From IMG/VR virus record IMGVR_UViG_3300035698_020241, positions 32,001 to 96,000 of that record: a stretch of DNA of 64,000 bases, one strand, 5' to 3'. The notes beneath the pieces are model-generated. The model saw nothing but the letters and a program-made list of their open reading frames with translations. It did no database searches and had not been told where the DNA came from. Within the stretch, counting starts at the first letter, position 1. The number at the start of each line of letters is the position of its first letter. The stretch is from a virus. Below, one piece after another: positions 38,582 through 47,447 of this stretch. The position numbers and the translations under genes were made by a program.

Positions 38582-38764
38582 TTAATTATGACATCCAGTT
38601 GAAAACTGATACCTAAATTTTTCAGGATGTTGTAAAAAATATTTACAATTATCATTTTTACACACCTTTACATAATCAAACGGCATAACCGCTTCTATAT
38701 CAGTGCTATTACACTTAGGACATTTAATTATTTTACCGTTTTCCTTCATGATTTTTTCTTTCAT
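38582..38764 (-). CDS. Small zinc-ribbon protein
   Basis: CPKC...C...C. Confidence 0.55.
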   Translation of the reverse strand: MKEKIMKENGKIIKCPKCNSTDIEAVMPFDYVKVCKNDNCKYFLQHPEKFRYQFSTGCHN

Positions 38765-38822
38765 CCAAAACTATCATTTTTCTTTAACATCTTTATTCCT
38801 TATTATATTATATCATTTTTTC

Positions 38823-39371
38823 TTATAAATGTAAATTATCAATCTTTAACATAAGGCTTGATAATCTAATAGGTCTGTAATCTATTTGTTCCACAGACAC
38901 ATTTACATGTATCACTTTCTTTGATTTATATATAAAATCACCCTTATCATGTACATGTCCTGCTATTGATATTGTTCGTGGTGGAACATCAAGTTGTGGT
39001 CTATGTGAGAAATAAAATCTTATATCCTCATTTGGACAATCAACTATAAAAGGATTTTTTATCAATGTTACTCCAACATCGTCAAACCATTTTATACCTT
39101 TTCTATCGTGGTTACCTTTGAGATTAAAAATCTTACCTGGTAACTGATCTATTACTTTTTTAGTCATTTCTTTACTACCAAATGATAAGTCTCCAAGATG
39201 AAGAACCGTATCATTCTTTTTTACTACCTGATTCCAATTGGTAATAATTTTTTCCTGCCAACCATGTGATCTATTAGCATATTCTGCTATATTTCTATGA
39301 TATAGATGTAAATCTGATATCAAAAATATATCGTAAATCGTTTCTCCATTAAATATACAGTTTTCTTCCAC
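38823..39371 (-). CDS. Calcineurin-like metallophosphoesterase
   Basis: ISDLHL.H.NI, HLGD, KGNHD, SHRP and GHVH. Confidence 0.88.
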   Translation of the reverse strand: MEENCIFNGETIYDIFLISDLHLYHRNIAEYANRSHGWQEKIITNWNQVVKKNDTVLHLGDLSFGSKEMTKKVIDQLPGKIFNLKGNHDRKGIKWFDDVGVTLIKNPFIVDCPNEDIRFYFSHRPQLDVPPRTISIAGHVHDKGDFIYKSKKVIHVNVSVEQIDYRPIRLSSLMLKIDNLHL

Positions 39372-39470
39372 TTTTTTACCTTTATTAGAAATAAATCGTT
39401 TTACTCCAAATACTTTCTTTTCATTCCAGGAACTAACTTTGAATCACCTCCTGAACATTTGTTCTTTTAT

Positions 39471-40331
39471 TTATTTTACGAATTTTTTTATAAAATCTAT
39501 ACATGTGTTTTTGTTATTCATCCAGTCATTTTCTTTTATCACTAACAGGTCAATATTTTTTTCTTTACATTGGACAACCTTCTGATGGTCTCTGTATTTT
39601 GTTTCAATATCATTGTGCCAATATTCGCCGTTAAACTCAATGGCTTTATTAATGGAAGGTATGAAAATGTCTAATTCTAAATTCCATCCTGTTTTAGGAT
39701 TTATAATTTGCGTTCTATCATTCTCCACAATATATTCAGGTGTTAATAATTTAACAACTTCTAATACTTCCTTCTCTGTTTTAGAAGTTGATGCTTCTTT
39801 CCAACATTCTGGACATCTGCTACCTTGTTGAAAATTATTCCATACCATTTCAAACTCATGGCCTTTAGGACACTTCATTCTCAATTTAACATGAGCATTT
39901 TTATACTCCTTACTCAAAAGTTTATAACCCTCTTTTTCTATATTCTTTCTTACATATTCATTTCTTATACATTTAGAACATCTTCGTCCTTGTTTGAAAT
40001 GACTCCATATCATTTCAAATTTATGACCTTTAGGACATTGAAATTCCAATTTAGTTTTACTATTTTTATATGTTTTACTTAAAAGTTTATAATCTTCTTG
40101 CTCTATTTGATCTTTTACATATGAATAAGACAATCTTTGTTTTTCTATACTACATATAGAACATCTATCACCTTGTTTCAAATGACTCCAATTCATTTCA
40201 AATCTATGACCTTTAGGACACATTAGTTTTAATTTAACATGAGCATTTTTATACTCCTTACTCAAAAGTTTATAACCTTCAACATTCTCAATTTGTTCCT
40301 TTACATAATCATATGTTAATTTCTTAGGCAT
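39471..40331 (-). CDS. Putative homing endonuclease: three CPKGH zinc-ribbon repeats plus PD-(D/E)XK-type domain
   Basis: Three LLSK.YKN...L..CPKGH.FEM.W....G.RC..C repeats; ELDIFIP...AIEFNG.YWH. Confidence 0.8.
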   Translation of the reverse strand: MPKKLTYDYVKEQIENVEGYKLLSKEYKNAHVKLKLMCPKGHRFEMNWSHLKQGDRCSICSIEKQRLSYSYVKDQIEQEDYKLLSKTYKNSKTKLEFQCPKGHKFEMIWSHFKQGRRCSKCIRNEYVRKNIEKEGYKLLSKEYKNAHVKLRMKCPKGHEFEMVWNNFQQGSRCPECWKEASTSKTEKEVLEVVKLLTPEYIVENDRTQIINPKTGWNLELDIFIPSINKAIEFNGEYWHNDIETKYRDHQKVVQCKEKNIDLLVIKENDWMNNKNTCIDFIKKFVK

Positions 40332-40503
40332 TTTTAATCTTTTATTTAATAATCTAAAATAATTAGTTTACTTTTTCCTCCAATATGTTATCCTATCTCC
40401 TGTAGCCAGCCGCGATATACCATTACCAATAATATATACCTATACCACCTATTATTATAATAGATATATACTATACTCCAATCATACATTACATTTCCTA
40501 CTA

Positions 40504-40719
40504 TCAACATCCTTTTATAATATTATATATATTATTTACTACCATATCTATTTTCCTATTATTATTTCCATATAATATCATCACTAATCTTCCTAATGAA
40601 ACATCATAAACATATCCTTTTAATTCTATATCTTCACTTATACAATATTTACCAATATTCTCTTCTAATCCTGGATGTGGTATTATATTAATGAGTACAT
40701 CTATTATTTTTATATTCAT
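40504..40719 (-). CDS. Hypothetical protein
   Basis: ORF with RBS. Confidence 0.5.
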   Translation of the reverse strand: MNIKIIDVLINIIPHPGLEENIGKYCISEDIELKGYVYDVSLGRLVMILYGNNNRKIDMVVNNIYNIIKGC

Positions 40720-40749
40720 AATCTTATCCTTTCTATTCTATTTATCATA

Positions 40750-40827
40750 TGGTCCCCCTGGCAGGATTCGAACCTGCGACTTTTTGATTCGTAATCAAAC
40801 ACTCTGATTCCGCTGAGCTACAGGGGG
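40750..40827 (-). tRNA. tRNA-Arg(ACG)
   Basis: Cloverleaf with CCA. Confidence 0.9.
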
Positions 40828-40840
40828 AAGTATTTTTAAT

Positions 40841-40911
40841 TGGCACACCGTCCAGGAATCGAACCCGGCACAACGAAGTTTGGAGCCTCATTTGATCCCA
40901 GATCACGATGC
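40841..40911 (-). tRNA. tRNA-Trp(CCA), short D-arm
   Basis: CT-CCA-AA loop, T-arm, GCCA end. Confidence 0.75.
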
Positions 40912-41339
40912 TCATATAAACAAAAAAGGGATTCTACACTCATTATTGGTAAAATCCCTTTCTAAATCTAACTATTTTTAATATGATTTTACCTATATGG
41001 AGTTTTCTCCTTGCCAATCTGAGCCTAGTAAATCGCTGGAATAATTATCTAAACTGCGATATGCTGATACTATTTTCATTACTCTCCATCCTTAAAAATC
41101 ATAATTTATTTTACTTTATCCTATTTATAACATATTTGGTTGATTTTGTAAATATATATTTTTATTTTAATCCGTTCATATTTAAAAAGTCAATAGGTAA
41201 GACGACCCCCAAAAGTGCTTTCGTTTAAGTCCGTGCTAGGTACTATAACCCTTTTCTGCATTTTAACGGACGGTATGTCTCTTTACTGCACATCAACCTA
41301 TAAATTCATAATAACTATACAACTACATCATAGTTAAGT

Positions 41340-41579
41340 CTAATCAAATAATAACGACAATTCCATGAAATCATTTAACGAATCTTCAACATTTACCATG
41401 ATATTATTTACATGTTCTTCCATTTCCTTAGTAGAATACTCTATCATTTCGATGCATTCATCAAATTCCATATAACCATCTTTCAGACCGTCAGTTGCAG
41501 CCCCAAGTTCTTCAGGAATATCCCTAAGTATTTTTATTGATTTTGAACATTCCTCAACTAATTTTTCAATTTGTCTCAT
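41340..41579 (-). CDS. Acidic hypothetical protein, weak paralogue of 41729..42031
   Basis: LRDIPEEL versus LKEIPEEI. Confidence 0.6.
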   Translation of the reverse strand: MRQIEKLVEECSKSIKILRDIPEELGAATDGLKDGYMEFDECIEMIEYSTKEMEEHVNNIMVNVEDSLNDFMELSLLFD

Positions 41580-41712
41580 TTTATCACACCTTTTTAATCT
41601 TACTGGTTATGTTACTTTTTGGTTTACGTTTCAAAGACTTACCTCATTTGAAACCTTTATTCAAGGTTTCAGGTTTGGCTTTCCCTTGCCTATATTATTT
41701 GTACTTACCGTA
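41576..41712 (-). pseudogene. Decayed copy of the 3' end of 42036..42572
   Basis: TLNKGFK*GKSLKRKPKSNITSKIKKV versus TLNKGFKRGKALKRKPKCKITSKIRKV; AGA>TGA change and an upstream frameshift. Confidence 0.7.
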
Positions 41713-41728
41713 CATCAACCTATAAATT

Positions 41729-42031
41729 CTATCCTACTATTATAGGTTCTGTTATATGACTCAATTCGTTTAAAAGTCCTACAGGTAAAGAAGTATCATT
41801 TAAGATTATTATACCGGCTTCATCTGAAAGAATTTCTAACATATCGTCAACCGTTTCATATATGATATCTAATTTAGCTGCCGTTTCTGCAGCAAGTTCT
41901 ATGATATACTCACTTGCATCAATTCCTATGTCCATACGAAAAACCGCGTTATCAATTTCTTCAGGAATTTCTTTAAGTCTATTCTTTGCATCTTTATAAT
42001 CCTTGTGTATTTCATCAAAATTTTTATCCAT
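41729..42031 (-). CDS. Acidic hypothetical protein
   Basis: ORF with RBS. Confidence 0.6.
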   Translation of the reverse strand: MDKNFDEIHKDYKDAKNRLKEIPEEIDNAVFRMDIGIDASEYIIELAAETAAKLDIIYETVDDMLEILSDEAGIIILNDTSLPVGLLNELSHITEPIIVG

Positions 42032-42035
42032 TTTG

Positions 42036-42572
42036 TTACACCTTTCTTATCTTACTGGTTATTTTACATTTTGGTTTTCGTTTTAAGGCCTTGCCTCTTT
42101 TAAATCCTTTATTCAAGGTTACTGATTTGGCTTTATTTCCTATATCATCATACGACTTTGTTGCTGTAGGATCATCATCTACGAAGTCCTCAGCCTCAAA
42201 AATTTGTTCATCTCCACTCAAAGCTCTTCCAAGATTTTCAAGATTTTCCCTTGGAAACCAACCATCAACACATAAGTCCCTCATGATACTTTTGAGTTTT
42301 TTAAGAACTATAGGAGATAAAGGACCGTCTTTCGCCTTTACTCTTTTTGGAAGTTTTTCAAGTAATACAGTAGGCATACAACTTTCATGATTTGTAACCA
42401 TGGTGAATCTACCAGTTTTACCATACTTAACTTTCTGTCTGGTTATACCATTGAAGGCAAACCATCTGAATCCTTTCCTTTTATCCTCAGTCAGTGTGCT
42501 GAAAATTAACTTATTGTTTTCATCTATCTGTATGAAGGGACTATTACTTCCCTCAGAATATTTCAATATCAT
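42036..42572 (-). CDS. Hypothetical protein with basic C-terminal tail
   Basis: ORF with RBS. Confidence 0.65.
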   Translation of the reverse strand: MILKYSEGSNSPFIQIDENNKLIFSTLTEDKRKGFRWFAFNGITRQKVKYGKTGRFTMVTNHESCMPTVLLEKLPKRVKAKDGPLSPIVLKKLKSIMRDLCVDGWFPRENLENLGRALSGDEQIFEAEDFVDDDPTATKSYDDIGNKAKSVTLNKGFKRGKALKRKPKCKITSKIRKV

Positions 42573-42580
42573 TATATCTC

Positions 42581-42979
42581 CTATTCAAACTCAAAAGATT
42601 TACATTCAGGACAATTATATGTTTGTTTTATTCTATCATTTACAACAGGACAGTCATCCTCATTATATTTACACCCATGTTTAACACAACAATGAGTTTT
42701 ATGGACACCCTCTCTTGCCTCTACAACATAATAATCAAGCCATGTTTCACGCTCTTCATTATATATCTCTATTGCTTCATCTTCATCAACTTTATCTTCC
42801 TCCATGATATCACCAACTTCCCTGAGACCGTGAAGTCCACAATAACCTTCATAAGATTCTATGGCTGATTCCCAAGCTGCTTTACTTGCTTCATCTTCCG
42901 ACTCAAATTCATCGGTATATGAATATGTTGCTCCACCGAAGCCGCCTCCGAGTCCTGCATATATTTTAAATTTTTTCAT
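42581..42979 (-). CDS. Hypothetical phage protein (acidic N-terminus, Cys/His-rich C-terminus)
   Basis: YAGLGGGFGG and HCC..HGCKY...CPVV. Confidence 0.7.
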   Translation of the reverse strand: MKKFKIYAGLGGGFGGATYSYTDEFESEDEASKAAWESAIESYEGYCGLHGLREVGDIMEEDKVDEDEAIEIYNEERETWLDYYVVEAREGVHKTHCCVKHGCKYNEDDCPVVNDRIKQTYNCPECKSFEFE

Positions 42980-43148
42980 TATTTTCCTTATTTTCTGGTT
43001 TTTTTGGTCTACTCATACATATAGTGCAGTTATGATCTGTACAAGTATCCTCTATCCATATATTACATTCTTTACAGAATACGGAGTCATATTTTTCATT
43101 ATATGTTCCTGGTTTTACACACTTAGGACATCTTTTATATCTTTCCAT
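42966..43148 (-). CDS. Small Cys-rich protein
   Basis: CPKC...C..C...C...C..C. Confidence 0.6.
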   Translation of the reverse strand: MERYKRCPKCVKPGTYNEKYDSVFCKECNIWIEDTCTDHNCTICMSRPKKPENKENNEKI

Positions 43149-43179
43149 ATCACATTATCTCCTTTGTATTTTAACATTT

Positions 43180-44031
43180 CTATACAACTACAAGAGCGCC
43201 AGTGTTTATTCCGTAAAGATCCGTAGCCAAACGATTCAGGGTCTTATGTCTCTGTGAAAAAACATTGGAACCCTTACGAGCCTTGGCAACATGTGTTGAT
43301 AAATAAGTAAGGACATTGAATGCTCCCCACATAGTGTTATCAAGTTTCTGCTCTATTAAAAGAGGCTCATAACTATCAATTATTGACTTGGCAACCTTTA
43401 CACCAAGATACTGGTGTTTTTTAGCCTTGGTACCATCATCAGACTTTGTATGACCATTTACAAAATTCTCAAAAAGTCTTTTGTCCATGGGTATTTTTGA
43501 CCAGTCTTTCCAGATTTCTGTATTTTTATGAAATGCATCAAACTTCATTTCAAAAGAATTACGCAATCTTTCAGGATTATTGACAAAATGGGCAAACGAC
43601 TCTTTAAAAAGAGAAGATTTCCCCATAACCATACCATTGGTACATGCCCAACGATATCCCATTAACTCATAACCGAAAGCAGTTTTACCGTTATAACCGT
43701 TATGTATTTCTAACATAACACCTGTTGCGTCACCAGGTAAAACTTCGGAAGTAAGACGATCATCACCGAATATTACACGGCGTTTCCATCGTTTTGTCTC
43801 TGCGTCCATATGATCCTGAACTTCTTTAACCTCAAACGCTGTCATCGCCTCATTGAACATTTCATCAATATCAGAATTGGTAACAAGTTCATAACCAGGA
43901 GAAACAATACCAAGAACATCATCTGTATCATCATTGATAAGTGCTTCCTTATCAAGAATTATACCGGAATCAGTTTTTAATGTTTCCCGTCTAACACTGA
44001 AAAATGGATTTCTTTCTTCAATATATCCCAT
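43180..44031 (-). CDS. DUF932-family protein
   Basis: LGIVS..YELVTN, NGYNG..AF and R..CTNGMV. Confidence 0.78.
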   Translation of the reverse strand: MGYIEERNPFFSVRRETLKTDSGIILDKEALINDDTDDVLGIVSPGYELVTNSDIDEMFNEAMTAFEVKEVQDHMDAETKRWKRRVIFGDDRLTSEVLPGDATGVMLEIHNGYNGKTAFGYELMGYRWACTNGMVMGKSSLFKESFAHFVNNPERLRNSFEMKFDAFHKNTEIWKDWSKIPMDKRLFENFVNGHTKSDDGTKAKKHQYLGVKVAKSIIDSYEPLLIEQKLDNTMWGAFNVLTYLSTHVAKARKGSNVFSQRHKTLNRLATDLYGINTGALVVV

Positions 44032-44049
44032 AATTACATTTCCTTTCTT

Positions 44050-44232
44050 TTAAGTTTTTCCAACTATTATTTTTTCATCATAATCATAGTCAAAAGATTT
44101 AACTCCTTCAGAACCATTAATATCCACACAATCAAAATAATCCTGTTCACCACTATTACATAACCATTCAACAAAATACTTAGCTTGTGCTGAATTTTTA
44201 AAAATTAGTTTTACTTCGTTTTTTGTTTTCAC
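44050..44232 (-). CDS. Hypothetical protein
   Basis: WLCNSGEQDYF motif; ORF with context. Confidence 0.55.
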   Translation of the reverse strand: MKTKNEVKLIFKNSAQAKYFVEWLCNSGEQDYFDCVDINGSEGVKSFDYDYDEKIIVGKT

Positions 44233-44567
44233 TATACTCCTTTATACCAAATTATAAATCTTTTATCATTATTTGGTAAAAACATTTCACTTACATTAAT
44301 GATGTTTTCAACAGGTATACATTCCTTTTCTAACCACTCATTCATAACATTCATTATATCTGTATTTTTAATAATTACCTGTCCAAAGGTAACTACCTTA
44401 AATGTTTTTCTTTTCAATTTCTTACCGGCTTTATAGAAGTCAATTTCTGATATAACTTCTCTATTGATCTTTGCTCTTTCCTCATTGAGACATTCTACAT
44501 ATTCAATATTAACCCTCATTATTATCTCCTTAATTTGGGGTTTTAAACTCATAATTATATTTTTCAA
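44232..44567 (-). CDS. Hypothetical protein
   Basis: Coupled ORF. Confidence 0.5.
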   Translation of the reverse strand: MKNIIMSLKPQIKEIIMRVNIEYVECLNEERAKINREVISEIDFYKAGKKLKRKTFKVVTFGQVIIKNTDIMNVMNEWLEKECIPVENIINVSEMFLPNNDKRFIIWYKGV

Positions 44568-44782
44568 TCACTAAAATCATTATATCAAAAATTGCACGCG
44601 ATGTAAATTAAAAAATGCGTGATTTGTTTTCAAAACAAAACAAGGGGTTAGATGATTCTAACCCCTTATGTATCTGATAAAATAATTTATACATCTCCAA
44701 CATGTATGCTGGTTTTTAAATCCTGTAAAATAACTTCCACATTCTTTACAATGATGTACAAAGTCAATTCGTTTTTTCATTA

Positions 44783-45520
44783 TTATCTCCTCCCATTATA
44801 CATACCATCACCTTTAACTGCGATAATATGTCTCACATCAATTCTCCTCTGTTTTCCGATATCCTTGTGGAAATCACTTTCCCAGATAAAAACAGATTTT
44901 GGAGTGGTTCTAATAAGGTCTCTCCACTGCTTACCACCCTTGTAATTTATCTGTACCCTGTAATTATAATGATTTCTACTATAATCAAAATTCTTTTTAA
45001 GTCCAAGAGACACGAATTTTGCATTCGCTATCTGTTGTTTCATATTTTTTACAACTTTTTTATTTTCAGTGATTTTATCCTGAACTTCAAGTCCGATTTT
45101 AAGGTCGTCACTATCAGCCATTCCTACAATACCAAAAGTATGTCTATAACACTGGATTTTCCAGATTCCTTGACTTTTGAAGTCAAAAACACTGTATTCT
45201 GTGGCTCCTGATAATCTACCGCGAGTTATAGGACGAACTTTTATAATAACTCCACGAATATTACCTTTTCTTGATGCCCATGTAACAATGGCACCAACCA
45301 CAGCGTTATAAACTTTTTCATTAAAACTGCCGGCAGCCCTTTTAAATTTATCTTCATCAAAAGTTTTACCGTCAACAGAAAGACCCCATCTACGGGCTAA
45401 ACTTAAAAGCATATCAGGATCATTTTTCCATTGATTAACTTTTTTCATCATATTTGTTGCATTAGGAACATTGGAGACATCGGGATGAACTTGTTTTGCT
45501 ATATCTGTATATAAACTCAT
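44783..45520 (-). CDS. Hypothetical protein with N-terminal J-domain-like HPD motif
   Basis: Start MSLYTDIAKQVHPD after AAGGAG. Confidence 0.65.
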   Translation of the reverse strand: MSLYTDIAKQVHPDVSNVPNATNMMKKVNQWKNDPDMLLSLARRWGLSVDGKTFDEDKFKRAAGSFNEKVYNAVVGAIVTWASRKGNIRGVIIKVRPITRGRLSGATEYSVFDFKSQGIWKIQCYRHTFGIVGMADSDDLKIGLEVQDKITENKKVVKNMKQQIANAKFVSLGLKKNFDYSRNHYNYRVQINYKGGKQWRDLIRTTPKSVFIWESDFHKDIGKQRRIDVRHIIAVKGDGMYNGRR

Positions 45521-45606
45521 CTTCAAAATCTCCTTTCGTTTTATTTTCAATCATTAAATACATTATACCAACTCAAGGGTATATCTATTGTATAGGTACA
45601 CCCTTT

Positions 45607-45870
45607 TTATTTTGGACAGATATGTTCTCTTCGTAGTCTTGAACTTGCATTCATTTCTGTAATTAACTCACCACAATCTTTACATTTGTATATAGTGTTA
45701 CAACCACTATTCATTTCATGTGTGAATTTATTACCATTCCATAAATCAGAATCAACAGACCTTACTAATTCTAATTTTAACATCTTCATTTTTCTATTAA
45801 CATTAATTTTACCGTGTAACAATATCCATGTGCCTAAACACGCCATACCAGTTATTACAGTTATATACAT
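45607..45870 (-). CDS. Small membrane-anchored Cys protein
   Basis: RBS directly after repeat copy 2. Confidence 0.6.
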   Translation of the reverse strand: MYITVITGMACLGTWILLHGKINVNRKMKMLKLELVRSVDSDLWNGNKFTHEMNSGCNTIYKCKDCGELITEMNASSRLRREHICPK

Positions 45871-45937
45871 TTTTTAATCTCCTTTTCTACCAACTCAAGG
45901 GCGTCCTATTGTATAGGTACGCCCTTAGACTTTGAGA

Positions 45938-46111
45938 CTACATACTAAGATCAATAACATTAAAGTTTTTACGAGTGAGTCTATTGGAAACCTTGATCAA
46001 GTTGGTGATAAAAGCTCTAACATTTTTGAAGCTTTTGAATTCACGAATTTTCTTGGCTCCTGCCATGATGGGATTACCATCTTTTTCAATTACAAATATT
46101 TTTGTACTCAT
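45938..46111 (-). CDS. Small basic protein, paralogue of 47274..47447
   Basis: R.FKS....R.F..N.IKVSN.LT.K.F is shared. Confidence 0.7.
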   Translation of the reverse strand: MSTKIFVIEKDGNPIMAGAKKIREFKSFKNVRAFITNLIKVSNRLTRKNFNVIDLSM

Positions 46112-46187
46112 AATAATCAATCTCCTTTCGTTTTATTTTTCAATCTATAATTAGTATAACAAATTTCAAAACCGTTGTAAATTACTT

Positions 46188-46352
46188 TTATTCTTTAATC
46201 TCAACATCAACAGTGGAAATCTTTATAGGATAAAATTTTGAACATTTTTTGTTGTTTTCATCCTTAACACAAGTACAACAATTACCACTTCCGTCGTTCA
46301 TTGAAACATCCGAACATGGTCTTATAAACTGGTGTAAACAAATAGTTTCCAT
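46188..46352 (-). CDS. 54-aa Cys-containing protein, paralogue of 35703..35876
   Basis: Start METICL after AAGGAGATTGAA. Confidence 0.7.
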   Translation of the reverse strand: METICLHQFIRPCSDVSMNDGSGNCCTCVKDENNKKCSKFYPIKISTVDVEIKE

Positions 46353-46353
46353 T

Positions 46354-46509
46354 TCAATCTCCTTCACATTTTGAACATTTAGGTTTACCGGCTTGATAAA
46401 TGCCACAAAATTCACAGGTATATTCTATGTTTCCTGGATGATCTTTTACCCATTTACATGAACAATTAAATCCATAAATAACATTATCACAAGTACATTG
46501 TGTTTCCAT
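46354..46509 (-). CDS. 51-aa Cys-rich protein (not in ORF track)
   Basis: METQCTCDNVIYGFNCSC...CEFCG...CSKCEGD with RBS after repeat copy 3. Confidence 0.7.
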   Translation of the reverse strand: METQCTCDNVIYGFNCSCKWVKDHPGNIEYTCEFCGIYQAGKPKCSKCEGD

Positions 46510-46575
46510 TTCAATCTCCTTTTCTACCAACTCTAGGACGTCCTATTGAATAGGTACGCCCTGTGAGTCTAAAAT

Positions 46576-46800
46576 CTAACGTCTGCCACCTTTTTTTTGT
46601 TTCTGCTGACCGACACGTCTTTTGATTTTTACTGGAACTTTTGTTCTTTCGATTATTTCCCATGCAAAATGACAACCAGTTCCTATTTTTGGATTATCAA
46701 CAAACCTGGTCTGTATGGCTGGATCTGGATAAACGGTACATTTTTCAGTTTCCCAGTCAACTTTTTCACATTTTAAACAAGCGTAGGTTAAATTAGTCAT
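46576..46800 (-). CDS. Small Cys-containing basic-tailed protein
   Basis: RBS after repeat copy 4. Confidence 0.65.
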   Translation of the reverse strand: MTNLTYACLKCEKVDWETEKCTVYPDPAIQTRFVDNPKIGTGCHFAWEIIERTKVPVKIKRRVGQQKQKKGGRR

Positions 46801-46880
46801 TTTATTATCTCCTTTATAGTTTAATTTTCTACCAACTCAAGGACGTACTATTATATAGGTACACCCTTTTGGGAGAGTTA

Positions 46881-47024
46881 TTAGTCATCTTTATGGTCTT
46901 TACCACATACGGTACAAGTATACTTGTATCTTCCTTTTTCACCGCCTACAGTGTGTAAACGAATTTTTTTACCGTATCTTTTATCTTGAAAATCACTTTT
47001 ACATGTGCATCTGAATTTCTTCAT
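46881..47024 (-). CDS. 47-aa zinc-ribbon protein (not in ORF track)
   Basis: MKKFRCTCKSDFQDKRYG...CTVCG behind a promoter and RBS. Confidence 0.7.
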   Translation of the reverse strand: MKKFRCTCKSDFQDKRYGKKIRLHTVGGEKGRYKYTCTVCGKDHKDD

Positions 47025-47096
47025 TTTATTGTCTCCTTTATTGTTTAATTTGTTTATGTATCAATAATAACAAATTCTAACATTCTTGTAAATCAA

Positions 47097-47214
47097 AAAA
47101 GATAGTGCCTTATATAGCGCTCTCGGATTTACATCCAAGAAGTTATTCTGGCATTGATAAAGGTTATGAATAACTCAACTAATCCCTTATCTATCATACA
47201 GGTGACTATCTTTT
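47097..47214 (-). ncRNA. Candidate 118-nt pseudoknotted ncRNA
   Basis: 10-bp closing helix, 8-bp stem, 9-bp crossing helix, GTAA-capped hairpin; G-U pairs fix the strand as minus. Confidence 0.6.
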
Positions 47215-47273
47215 CTACCAACTCAAGGGCGTCCTATTGTATAGGGACGCCCTGTATTTGTTGGAGATAAATC

Positions 47274-47447
47274 CTACAGACGGATCATTTCAAAATCTTT
47301 AATAGTGAGACCATTGGACACTTTGATTATGTTACGGACAAAATTTCTTGCTTTACCAAGGCTCTTGAAAACACGACATTTTGTACCCTCAGAATTAGCC
47401 ATTAACAGACGTCCTTTTTTTGTTACTGCACACTTTTGAGCCTTCAT
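47274..47447 (-). CDS. 57-aa basic protein, paralogue of 45938..46111 (not in ORF track)
   Basis: MKAQKCAVTKKGRLLMANSEGTKCRVFKSLGKARNFVRNIIKVSNGLTIKDF... Confidence 0.7.
   Translation of the reverse strand: MKAQKCAVTKKGRLLMANSEGTKCRVFKSLGKARNFVRNIIKVSNGLTIKDFEMIRL

Larger units (their letters stand above)
45566..47253 (-). repeat. Five copies of a 38-39 nt intergenic hairpin element (45566-45604, 45888-45925, 46525-46562, 46830-46867, 47216-47253)
   Basis: Minus-strand consensus AGGGCGTACCTATACAATAGGACGCCCTTGAGTTGGTA, read directly. Confidence 0.95.

Noticed and set aside
17473-41129. T4 late promoters TATAAATA at 17473, 37520 and 41122
   Set aside because: Their positions upstream of endonuclease genes are plausible, but an all-A/T 8-mer is expected many times by chance in this genome, so they were not called as features.
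23-45211. Plus-strand ORFs in the left part (e.g. 23..430, 1948..2427, 3961..4386, 26475..26864, 41986..42390) and minus-strand ORFs overlapping tRNAs on the right (e.g. 51870..52244, 59958..60290, 60838..61329, 61657..62178)
   Set aside because: They are antisense shadows of real genes or tRNAs.
47097-47214. Canonical hammerhead ribozyme
   Set aside because: The core reads CTGTATGA, and there is no GAAA after stem II.
45566-47253. Hairpin repeats as a CRISPR array
   Set aside because: The intervening segments are 270-600 bp and contain promoters and ORFs; there are no spacer-sized units and no cas genes.
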